From IMG/VR virus record IMGVR_UViG_3300031589_000423, positions 1 to 27,385 of that record: a stretch of DNA of 27,385 bases; one strand, written 5' to 3'. The translations under genes and the position numbers were made by a program. The notes beneath the pieces are model-generated. The model saw only the letters and a program-made list of their open reading frames with translations, was not told the origin of the DNA and searched no databases. Shown here piece after piece: positions 9,849 through 17,951 of this stretch. This DNA comes from a virus. Lineage: Duplodnaviria; Caudoviricetes. Numbering within the stretch: position 1 is the first letter of the stretch; each line of letters starts with the position of its first letter.

Positions 9849-9882
9849 TTAGAAAGACAACCACATACCTGAACGGATTAAT

Positions 9883-10599
9883 ATGATTGAAGAACATAAA
9901 CAAATTCTAGAACAATACTGGCAACAACACGGTAAAGAACAAAATTATAAATATCCTGATATGTTTGATCCTAAATGGACTATAACAGAAAGCGGCTGGC
10001 CGTGGTTTAAATTAAGTTCCTTAGACGACCAACCTTGGAAAGAAATGCAAGCAGAAGCAGAAGTATTATTAGAACATTTCAAACCGCACAGAGAAGACTA
10101 CGGACATGGCTGGTCAAGTCTAACATTACACGGATTGAATGATGACACTCAAAGTCTTAATCAGTACAGTGATAATAGAAAAGAAACATTAGATCAACTT
10201 AGCTGGACTTGGGTGGCAGATAGTTGTCCAGTTACTAAAAAGTTTCTAACAGATGTTTGGCCTGCAGAGTATTTAAACCGTGTAAGATTTATGTTGTTAG
10301 AGCCTGGTGGTTATATTTTACCACATCAAGACAGGCCTAGTGATCAAAAACGATTAAGTATTTGCAATATTAGTCTCAACATGCCAGAAGGATGCGAAAT
10401 GGTTATGAAAGATCAAGGTCGTATACCATTTAATGATAGCGGCTCTGCTATGCTAGTAGATATTTCAAACGAACATGCAGTATGGAATAGAAGTAATAAG
10501 CCTAGAATACATATGATTATACATTATGAGCTAGGAAGAAGATTGCGTGATTTTTTCTACGTACTAAGAAGTAGTTATTATACGAATAGAGAACAATGA
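9883..10599 (+). CDS. Aspartyl/asparaginyl beta-hydroxylase-like 2OG-Fe(II) oxygenase
   Basis: WSSLTLHG, RVRFMLLEPGGYILPHQD, EHAVWNRSNKPRIH. Confidence 0.85.
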   Translation: MIEEHKQILEQYWQQHGKEQNYKYPDMFDPKWTITESGWPWFKLSSLDDQPWKEMQAEAEVLLEHFKPHREDYGHGWSSLTLHGLNDDTQSLNQYSDNRKETLDQLSWTWVADSCPVTKKFLTDVWPAEYLNRVRFMLLEPGGYILPHQDRPSDQKRLSICNISLNMPEGCEMVMKDQGRIPFNDSGSAMLVDISNEHAVWNRSNKPRIHMIIHYELGRRLRDFFYVLRSSYYTNREQ

Positions 10600-12068
10600 G
10601 AGATTATAACAGTATTTCCGAAGGCGAAAGATATTTTAATACTAGTCAGGTAGATATTCCTGTAGGTGTTGGTATGCTTGATATTAGTAGAGATATTCCT
10701 AATCACTTTGTGCGTGAGCGTTGCTTTAGTATGACATATTGGATGATTAATCAAAGCACAAAACAAGATATTTGCAAGTATAGAGGATTTAATCACAGTG
10801 TCAAAGAGTTATTGTTAGCTAGTAAACTAGCCGGCGATAAAGTTTGTATTATATTAGCACAAGGCATGATGGCACCTAGGCTTTATAAAATTATCAATAA
10901 GACTGCAAAATACTTTAGAGAAAATCCTAACTTTTTTGTAGTAGGACACATTATGGCCAAGCAAGGCAGATATCCCGGACTACACAGACAAATGCTTATA
11001 GTTAATATAGAAACTTGGGAACGTCTTGGTAGTCCTGACTTTTTAGGACAAGGATTTTTCTGGGACAGAGCTCCTACATATCCTAACTTTAAATTAAGTG
11101 ACGATACTATGAGTGCAGATTATACTCCAGCATGGATTAAATCTGCTGAAGGAACACAGTCTTGTGACGTAGTTGAAGACGGGTCAAACTGGATAGCACT
11201 TGCACTTGATAATAATATAACTATAGACAATCTTGATTTTGAGATGCGCGAGTGCAAGACATTTTTATATCCTTACGAAAATCCAGACTTACTAGAACGT
11301 GCCTGGACAAATTTACAAGACGAGTCTTTATTAGATCAGATTGAAAACTTTACTCAACGTGCTTGGTTAAGAAAATTAGGCTATCAAGAGTTTATTGAAA
11401 AAGATAGAGTATATGCGTATAACACAGAACGCCTAAGTGGAGAAGGAGTGAGAGCATCCGCTCCTATAGACAGTATCTTTTCAGCAGCAGCAGGATTTAA
11501 AACTCTGGCACTATTACGAAACAACGGCTTTCATGAGAATACAATAGTTAACTATTATGATTGGTGTGACTCTAGTATTAATTTTAAAAAGCATTTGTTA
11601 GAAACATGGGACGGAGTTGACTTTGACAAGTGGTTACTAGAACACGACTTAGAGTATAATTTTTCTAGTACATACCGCGGCAACTATTCAGAATTTTGGA
11701 ACAAAGAAGTTGAAAAAGAATTTGAAAGTGCAGAAAAATTCAAAGAGCTATGGGATAGATACAGAAAATTAGAACATAACTTTTTTGTTATTGACCTAGT
11801 TAATGAGCCTGAAAAGCTTATAGCAGAAATGAATAAACAAACCGGGGTTAAAGTATTATGGACTACTAATATTTGGCCAACTATGATGTTACATTGGAAC
11901 GTAGACATGGATACAATAGAACAAAAGTATTTAAAATTTGAATCAATATTGCCTAAGGATACAGTTCTTTACGGGCAAGATTATTTGGCAAATGATTTGA
12001 AAGATAGAATAACCAACGGTAAAACAGAAACGCATCCTAGATTCAGTACTGTTTGGAAAAAGTTGTGA
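10596..12068 (+). CDS. Hypothetical two-domain protein (490 aa), possible transferase folds
   Basis: Long ORF coupled to both neighbours. The function guess is weak: LIVNIETW is reminiscent of GT-A enzymes, AAGFK..YYDW of Rossmann folds. Confidence 0.6.
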   Translation: MRDYNSISEGERYFNTSQVDIPVGVGMLDISRDIPNHFVRERCFSMTYWMINQSTKQDICKYRGFNHSVKELLLASKLAGDKVCIILAQGMMAPRLYKIINKTAKYFRENPNFFVVGHIMAKQGRYPGLHRQMLIVNIETWERLGSPDFLGQGFFWDRAPTYPNFKLSDDTMSADYTPAWIKSAEGTQSCDVVEDGSNWIALALDNNITIDNLDFEMRECKTFLYPYENPDLLERAWTNLQDESLLDQIENFTQRAWLRKLGYQEFIEKDRVYAYNTERLSGEGVRASAPIDSIFSAAAGFKTLALLRNNGFHENTIVNYYDWCDSSINFKKHLLETWDGVDFDKWLLEHDLEYNFSSTYRGNYSEFWNKEVEKEFESAEKFKELWDRYRKLEHNFFVIDLVNEPEKLIAEMNKQTGVKVLWTTNIWPTMMLHWNVDMDTIEQKYLKFESILPKDTVLYGQDYLANDLKDRITNGKTETHPRFSTVWKKL

Positions 12069-12706
12069 AACGATATATTGAAAAGCACGACGAAGCTAAT
12101 CTTGGTTGGACAGTTAAAAAACTATTTAAAGTTGATATAGATAAGTTGCGCAATTGGTATAATGATTTAGAAAACAATTATAATGACTGGAAGTTTGTTA
12201 TAGGTGAACAGCATCATATATGGCAATTTCCTATTAGTGATCCTGAAGCAAAGACAGGACATCGTTTAATGGACGATACAGCATACTATACACTTTGCTG
12301 GAACAGTAACGAAGTTGGTCCTAAGCCATTTGAACAAGGTTGTGCTAAACCAGAGTATCGAGATGATGACAACGATCAACTTAATCCAAGAGAATGTTTT
12401 AGTGGCTATGCACTAGACGTTGTAAATAGTTTGCCTATGCGTAGTAAGAAATGGTTAGTAACAATTCATACGCCAGGAACTAAACTAATTACGCACCAAG
12501 ATAGTCCGGATAAACTCCGTGTACATATTCCTATACACACTAATGCAGATAGTAATTGGACTATTGCTAGTGAAGAATATCACATGGAGCCAGGTTGGGC
12601 ATATATAGTTAACACAACTATTCCACATAGTGTAGAAAACAAAGGTACAACAGACAGGATACATTTATATGGAAAGGTTTGGACAGATGATTGCCGTAAG
12701 TTATAG
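12065..12706 (+). CDS. Aspartyl/asparaginyl beta-hydroxylase-like 2OG-Fe(II) oxygenase
   Basis: HTPGTKLITHQD..RVHIPIHTN..PHSVENKGTTDRIH. GTG 12065 overlaps the upstream TGA; TTG 12053 is an alternative start. Confidence 0.85.
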   Translation: MKRYIEKHDEANLGWTVKKLFKVDIDKLRNWYNDLENNYNDWKFVIGEQHHIWQFPISDPEAKTGHRLMDDTAYYTLCWNSNEVGPKPFEQGCAKPEYRDDDNDQLNPRECFSGYALDVVNSLPMRSKKWLVTIHTPGTKLITHQDSPDKLRVHIPIHTNADSNWTIASEEYHMEPGWAYIVNTTIPHSVENKGTTDRIHLYGKVWTDDCRKL

Positions 12707-13115
12707 TAAAAAAGATTTTGTATCTAAAATGCAAAGCACACATATTACAGATAAAACAGTTGAAGATACTAATGACTATTATATTTGTATTGATTCAACT
12801 GGCGGTCCAAACAGTAATCCGTACTTTAATGAATTTCACCCCAATGTATTAAACTTATGTTTTGATGATGTTAGTAAGGATCAAACAAACTGGGGTGACG
12901 ATATAAAAGACTACTACACGGCAGTTGCACCAACACTAACACAAATCCAACATATTTCATATTTCCTTAAAGATGCTTGCGGAACAATACATGTACATTG
13001 CATGAAGGGCGAATCACGTAGTAAAGCAGTTGCAGATTATGTAAACAACACTAGATTTGAACACGACGAGAAATATGCCTATACAATTATAAGGGACACA
13101 TTAGATGAGCTTTGA
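12687..13115 (+). CDS. Cys-dependent (PTP/dual-specificity-like) phosphatase
   Basis: IHVHCMKGESRSKAVA = HCxxGxxRS P-loop; LCFDD acid loop; start uncertain (12669 or 12687). Confidence 0.8.
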   Translation: MIAVSYSKKDFVSKMQSTHITDKTVEDTNDYYICIDSTGGPNSNPYFNEFHPNVLNLCFDDVSKDQTNWGDDIKDYYTAVAPTLTQIQHISYFLKDACGTIHVHCMKGESRSKAVADYVNNTRFEHDEKYAYTIIRDTLDEL

Positions 13116-13656
13116 TATAAAAGAAGTTGACGTAGGTATTGAATATGATAATATTAGAACTTACTATAATAGTGTTCAATCAGACTTTAAACATTTGATG
13201 TTTACTAATGTACAAGATACTGTTGGATCAGAAAAGCATAAAATTAACGGAGTATATGGTTGGGCGATACAAAGTAATTTAGAAGATCTTACTGTGCCTT
13301 GTCCGCCGTGGAATGTACACAAAGATGGTAGTGATAATTATAGAGATACTGAACTAGTATACGGTATAATTAAACAACTTAAAGCACGTTTTAGTGGAAC
13401 ACGACAGTTTAGTCTTAGCGGACATCCACCCGGAACTGAAATAGCACAGCATACTGATACTGATAAGTATCTTAAAATACATATTCCTATCCTCACAAAT
13501 CCAGATGCATGGTTTGTGTTTGGAGAAAACAAATACACTTTAAAAGTAGGTAAAGCATATATAATAAATACTACACGACTACATGGTACAATTAATAATG
13601 GCACCTCGGATAGAGTACATTTGTTTTTTAAAGTACCAGCGGAGGACTTTATATGA
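13105..13656 (+). CDS. Aspartyl/asparaginyl beta-hydroxylase-like 2OG-Fe(II) oxygenase
   Basis: HPPGTEIAQHTD..KIHIPILTN..LHGTINNGTSDRVH. Confidence 0.85.
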   Translation: MSFDIKEVDVGIEYDNIRTYYNSVQSDFKHLMFTNVQDTVGSEKHKINGVYGWAIQSNLEDLTVPCPPWNVHKDGSDNYRDTELVYGIIKQLKARFSGTRQFSLSGHPPGTEIAQHTDTDKYLKIHIPILTNPDAWFVFGENKYTLKVGKAYIINTTRLHGTINNGTSDRVHLFFKVPAEDFI

Positions 13657-14381
13657 GATTATTAAAACCTAAAGATATAACAGACGTTGATGCATTGTTT
13701 GATAGCCTAGAATGGGATATGATTGAATTAGATTTTAGCATTGATAAAGGTGACTTAGAATCTTATCATAAAGAACTACGATCACGTTTACAACATCTTT
13801 GTTTTAATTTTAATTCTAAAGAATACTTACGTCCTGATATATACGAAAGATTTCAAAAAGAAAACGCTGTAGGAAACTATGTAGGAAACGTAGGTGGGTG
13901 GAGTGTTAGTTGGCCTGTAGAACGAGATATACCATGCCCAAGTAAAACACAAGCTAACGTTTCTAAGTACCCAGAATTACAAGACCTTGATGAAGAAAAG
14001 TTCTACTACGATTGCGTACCAATGCAAGTTTACAAATTTGGTATTCTAAATAAAATGATAGAAACCTTGTCCTTACAAGCTTTAAGACAAATACTGATAG
14101 CACTACACCCGCCGGGGCTAAAAGTTAACACACATACTGACGGAAAGACTAGAAAACTACATGTTCCATTTCATACTAATACTGATGCAGTTTTTACTTT
14201 TGGTAAAAACAGAGAACGCAAATATCATATGGAATTGGGCAAAGGTTACATAATTAACACACTTGTACCCCATGGTACAGAGAATCTAGGAAACACAGAT
14301 CGAGTACATTTGTTATCCAGAGTTGACGATTCATTTATGCAACCGCTTTTATCGATAAACTGCAATATAGCAGATAAATAA
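13653..14381 (+). CDS. Aspartyl/asparaginyl beta-hydroxylase-like 2OG-Fe(II) oxygenase
   Basis: HPPGLKVNTHTD..KLHVPFHTN..PHGTENLGNTDRVH; close paralog of the 13105 gene. Confidence 0.85.
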   Translation: MRLLKPKDITDVDALFDSLEWDMIELDFSIDKGDLESYHKELRSRLQHLCFNFNSKEYLRPDIYERFQKENAVGNYVGNVGGWSVSWPVERDIPCPSKTQANVSKYPELQDLDEEKFYYDCVPMQVYKFGILNKMIETLSLQALRQILIALHPPGLKVNTHTDGKTRKLHVPFHTNTDAVFTFGKNRERKYHMELGKGYIINTLVPHGTENLGNTDRVHLLSRVDDSFMQPLLSINCNIADK

Positions 14382-14395
14382 TATTAACAGAGGAG
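14374..14395 (+). promoter_or_regulatory. Late-promoter-like box ATAAATA plus strong RBS (GAGGAG)
   Basis: ATAAATA 14374-14380 overlaps the upstream stop; GAGGAG ends 6 nt before ATG 14402. Confidence 0.55.
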
Positions 14396-14401
14396 ATACC
14401 C

Positions 14402-15646
14402 ATGAGCAATACATATTTTACGCAGGTATTAGACGAACCATATCACTTAGGAAATGGCGAATTTTTATCAGTAATCACTAACGGTAAAGCACGTCACGAA
14501 GGCGAAGAAAGCCGTGATTTTAATAAAGACGCAGGCGCAAGAGCAGGTTTGCTTAGAGTAAACGCTGATGAAACTACATTTGTTGACTTCTTTGACAAAG
14601 GCGATAACGGTGATAGATACCGTGGTATTGCAGTTGTAGGTAATACAGCATATGTAATGCGTACACAAAAAGATAAAGTAGACAGCACAATTAGAGTAGC
14701 GTCAATAGATTTAACAACTAATGAAGTTACTATGATCGAAGAAAAAGGTGTAACAGTACACGGTTCAGAAACTCCTAAAACATTCTGTGGACACTTTAAC
14801 TTTGGTAGACCAATCACAGTTGGTACTAAAGTTATTTGGCCACCAGTTATGAGTGGAATGATTATTGTGTTTGATACTGTTGCTAATACATTTACTGTAC
14901 ATGAAACAGGAGAAAAGTTTGCTTCTATCCATAGTGTATATGTAGAATTATTAAACGAAGTTGTGTTTTTCCCATATGGCAAAACAACTGATATGTTGTT
15001 AACACTAGACATGACAACAAACACTATTAAAACTCACACAGCACCAACTAAAGGTGCGTTCTATCATGTTAACACTAACGGCAACAAAGCAGTTGGCGCT
15101 CCACTAATAATGGATGAAACTACAGAATTTAACTTTTGGGTATATGATGGCGTAGACGTAAAGTCAGTTGCTTATAATTCATCTAGTACAGACGATATGG
15201 GCGGCCAAATGGGTTTCAAATACGGAACTATGAATGGCAGTACATTAGTAACACACACTTGCTGGGAAGGCTGTAAAGAGTTTGTATCATTAAACTTAGA
15301 TACATTTGCTATTGATAGCTTTGAAACTAATGAGTCACTAGGTAGTAAGCCAGTTATTAATGCTGGAGACGTTTACTTGTTTCCGTCAATACAAAACCCA
15401 AGCATGGTAAATCCAACAACTAAAGTTTTTAAAGTTGAAGGCAATGCAATTAATGAAGTTATGGACTTAGGTACTGCAAACATTACTTCAGGATCAATTA
15501 ACGATACTGATAGTGTTACAATGTTAGCACCTTACAAGTTTGATCTTAGTGATGCTGGCCTTGCTGGTGATATGTCTATTGTAGACCTTGATGCTAAAAC
15601 TTCCAAACTTGTTCCTGTTAGTCTAAGTTTAGAAACTTATAATTAA
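14402..15646 (+). CDS. Beta-propeller repeat protein, divergent relative of the 5895 and 7048 genes
   Basis: Units such as DRYRGIAVVGNTAY, KVIWPP..IIVFDT, VVFFPYG..LTLD, KGAFY, VYLFP; beta-rich; strong RBS. Confidence 0.6.
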   Translation: MSNTYFTQVLDEPYHLGNGEFLSVITNGKARHEGEESRDFNKDAGARAGLLRVNADETTFVDFFDKGDNGDRYRGIAVVGNTAYVMRTQKDKVDSTIRVASIDLTTNEVTMIEEKGVTVHGSETPKTFCGHFNFGRPITVGTKVIWPPVMSGMIIVFDTVANTFTVHETGEKFASIHSVYVELLNEVVFFPYGKTTDMLLTLDMTTNTIKTHTAPTKGAFYHVNTNGNKAVGAPLIMDETTEFNFWVYDGVDVKSVAYNSSSTDDMGGQMGFKYGTMNGSTLVTHTCWEGCKEFVSLNLDTFAIDSFETNESLGSKPVINAGDVYLFPSIQNPSMVNPTTKVFKVEGNAINEVMDLGTANITSGSINDTDSVTMLAPYKFDLSDAGLAGDMSIVDLDAKTSKLVPVSLSLETYN

Positions 15647-15658
15647 TAGGGTTAGCCT

Positions 15659-16765
15659 ATGAAAATTTGTATTGTAGGTGGTGGAAGTGCAGGCTGGATG
15701 ACCGCCGCATATCTTGCAAAGAAAACCGATTGGAACATCACTGTAATACAAAGTCAAGATATCCCTATAATAAGTGTAGGCGAAAGCACGTTGCCTAGTA
15801 TATACGACTTTATTACAGAACTAGGACTAACAGAACAAGACCTATTTGACCATTGTGATGCAGTAAGAAAATATACAATATGTCATAAGGATTGGCATAA
15901 CAAAGAATGGTGGCATCACTTCTGCTTTGATGAGTCTGAACATAGAGAACAGATTGAATGGATGCGTAATTATACAAAGCCTAATAAAAAGTGGCGTCAT
16001 GCTTATCATGTTGATGCTAACAAGTTTGGTATTATGCTGAGAGATAAGGTTGCACTACCAAACGGTGTAGAACTTATTAATAAAACACTTGATACTATAG
16101 ACGATCTTGATGCAGATTTAATTATTAATTGTGCTGGATTTAGTGATCTGTTTCCTGCAAAAGAAATGATTAAAACTAACCTAAAAAATAATTGTGCCAT
16201 AGTTGCACCTAGTTACGATAAGATGTTAAAATACTATACGGAAACTACTGCATTAAGTAACGGGTGGATGTGGAATATTTACTTACAGAATCGCATTGGA
16301 AACGGATATGTGTTTAGTAAAGATCATCAATCAGTAGAAAGTGCTAAAGCAGAATTTATAGAAAAATGTCCTCACAAATTAGAACTAGACAAGTTAAGAG
16401 TAATTGAATGGGAAAGTCAATATTGTCCTAACCCCTACGAAGGTAACATTTTAAATATAGGATTAAGTGCAGGATTTATTGAACCGTTAGAAGCTCAAGC
16501 AATATGGCTAATACAATATCAAATTGAAATGCTAGTAAGACTAGTGGACAAACCTAGTGTGTATAACAAGCAATGGTTAAACGTAGTAAAACACGTAGAA
16601 GAATTCTTAGAACTTCATTATACTGCTACAAGCAAAGACACAGACTATTGGAAAAATGAAATGAATGAAATTGTAATTAAAAAGAAACCTTTTACAATTT
16701 TTGATCAATATTCTTATCGCTCTTTAGCGAGAGGTTACGCTCTTCCTTATAACGTTGAACATTAA
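15659..16765 (+). CDS. Flavin-dependent halogenase-like protein (tryptophan halogenase family), shortened
   Basis: IVGGGSAGW, VGEST, Lys in RKYTI, AYHVDA, GWMWNI, GNGYVFS, GLSAGFIEPLE. Confidence 0.85.
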   Translation: MKICIVGGGSAGWMTAAYLAKKTDWNITVIQSQDIPIISVGESTLPSIYDFITELGLTEQDLFDHCDAVRKYTICHKDWHNKEWWHHFCFDESEHREQIEWMRNYTKPNKKWRHAYHVDANKFGIMLRDKVALPNGVELINKTLDTIDDLDADLIINCAGFSDLFPAKEMIKTNLKNNCAIVAPSYDKMLKYYTETTALSNGWMWNIYLQNRIGNGYVFSKDHQSVESAKAEFIEKCPHKLELDKLRVIEWESQYCPNPYEGNILNIGLSAGFIEPLEAQAIWLIQYQIEMLVRLVDKPSVYNKQWLNVVKHVEEFLELHYTATSKDTDYWKNEMNEIVIKKKPFTIFDQYSYRSLARGYALPYNVEH

Positions 16766-17264
16766 TACGCCATAAATTTTGTGGAACATTATATAGTTCC
16801 ATTTGTCTATCTAATTCCCATATACCACGTTTTGCTAGTAATGGCATCATAGTATCATTCATACGTTGACTTTTTCCACCGTCATTGTTTATGTTTGTAC
16901 TAATATATAATTGTGTTAAATGCGGTACCCATTCTATTTGCATTTTTAATAAATGACCTAAATGAATTCCTGTCTTAAAAATATCTCTGCCTGTGCCTAG
17001 TGTATACCCAGGTAACTGAGCACCTCGAAACAAACAACGATATGCATTAGGTCCTAATTCATCTAACTGATGTACACCTGCAATACTTACAATCTTATCT
17101 TCGTATGTAGCAATAGTCCAAGCACCTTCTTCTAGTACCCATTCCCATTTCATTTTTTTAAGAGATGTATTATTACTGTACTGTTGTGATTTGCAAAATT
17201 GTTCTGCTAAAGACTCATCGTCTTCAGTAGCAAATCTAAACTTCAGTTTTCCAAGTTCTACCAT
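16692..17264 (-). CDS. GNAT-like acyltransferase (putative)
   Basis: KFRFATEDD start, WTIATYEDKIVSIAG beta-hairpin, RGAQLPGY..G.G motif-A-like segment. Confidence 0.55.
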   Translation of the reverse strand: MVELGKLKFRFATEDDESLAEQFCKSQQYSNNTSLKKMKWEWVLEEGAWTIATYEDKIVSIAGVHQLDELGPNAYRCLFRGAQLPGYTLGTGRDIFKTGIHLGHLLKMQIEWVPHLTQLYISTNINNDGGKSQRMNDTMMPLLAKRGIWELDRQMELYNVPQNLWRINVQRYKEERNLSLKSDKNIDQKL

Positions 17265-17904
17265 TAGCTGTGTTTATCCTGTGTGAAAATGTTTTAGTAT
17301 CCATATCAAATATATCACCTGTAGAGCGACCATTAATAATACATTCGCCTAACTTAGAAGTAGCAGTTAACGGATTAAGCATTACATGCGTATCCATTGT
17401 GTTAATAGTATTAAAGTCAAAACTAGGACTATCATACCCAATCATTACCGGCGGTGGAAATTCAGTCATGCCATACCAATTAGCTACAACTTGTACACCA
17501 CGTTCTTTAAACGCATCAATAAAACTTTGATCTACTTTATTTGAACCTGTAACCATATACCGTACACAACTCATGTCTAAGTCTTTAAAGCCTTTTGTCT
17601 TTTCTAATAGTTCCAAATGCCGTGGTATTAAAGCTATGTAAGTAGGCTTAACGCTGTTAAATAACTCACAGTAGGTATGTGCAGTAAAGTTACTACTAAC
17701 TAGCTGTGCGCCGCTTATATAAGCAGGTAGAGCTGTTATAGTGTAGTGTGCTATAGTGTTTGCTGGAAACACATCTATTACTATATCGTCTTTAGTTAGC
17801 CCTATTTCATCAACAGACTTTTGGGCACATTTATTAACGTACTCCCAAGAATGTCTAACAATTTTAGGTGTATCAGTACTACCTGATGTGAATAATGTAA
17901 GCAT
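17236..17904 (-). CDS. Minimal AMP-binding (ANL superfamily) adenylation enzyme
   Basis: FTSGSTDTPK (A3), WYGMTE (A5), STGD (A7); only 222 aa. Confidence 0.8.
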   Translation of the reverse strand: MLTLFTSGSTDTPKIVRHSWEYVNKCAQKSVDEIGLTKDDIVIDVFPANTIAHYTITALPAYISGAQLVSSNFTAHTYCELFNSVKPTYIALIPRHLELLEKTKGFKDLDMSCVRYMVTGSNKVDQSFIDAFKERGVQVVANWYGMTEFPPPVMIGYDSPSFDFNTINTMDTHVMLNPLTATSKLGECIINGRSTGDIFDMDTKTFSHRINTANGRTWKTEV

Positions 17905-17912
17905 ATTACACT

Positions 17913-17919
17913 TACTTAT
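17913..17919 (-). promoter_or_regulatory. Late-promoter-like box ATAAGTA
   Basis: Lies 8 nt upstream of ATG 17904 with no Shine-Dalgarno; same box as at 9842. Confidence 0.45.
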
Positions 17920-17951
17920 TTCTAGAAATGTTTGCTGATGTTAGTTGTGAA

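Noticed and set aside
13869-13894. Short direct repeat GTAGGAAAC
   Set aside because: Two copies inside a CDS encoding VGNYVGNVG; not an array
14468-15024. Minus-strand ORFs of 66 and 176 aa
   Set aside because: Antisense to the propeller gene, which has a strong RBS; explained by codon bias
1-17904. Interpretation as a known DNA hypermodification or queuosine/7-deazaguanine cluster
   Set aside because: No dNMP hydroxymethylase, amino acid:DNA transferase, QueC/QueD/FolE or DpdA is recognisable in the window; not excluded for the rest of the genome
17918-17929. Perfect palindrome ATTTCTAGAAAT beside the late box
   Set aside because: Single AT-rich copy with no loop or U-tract; cannot be called an operator or terminator
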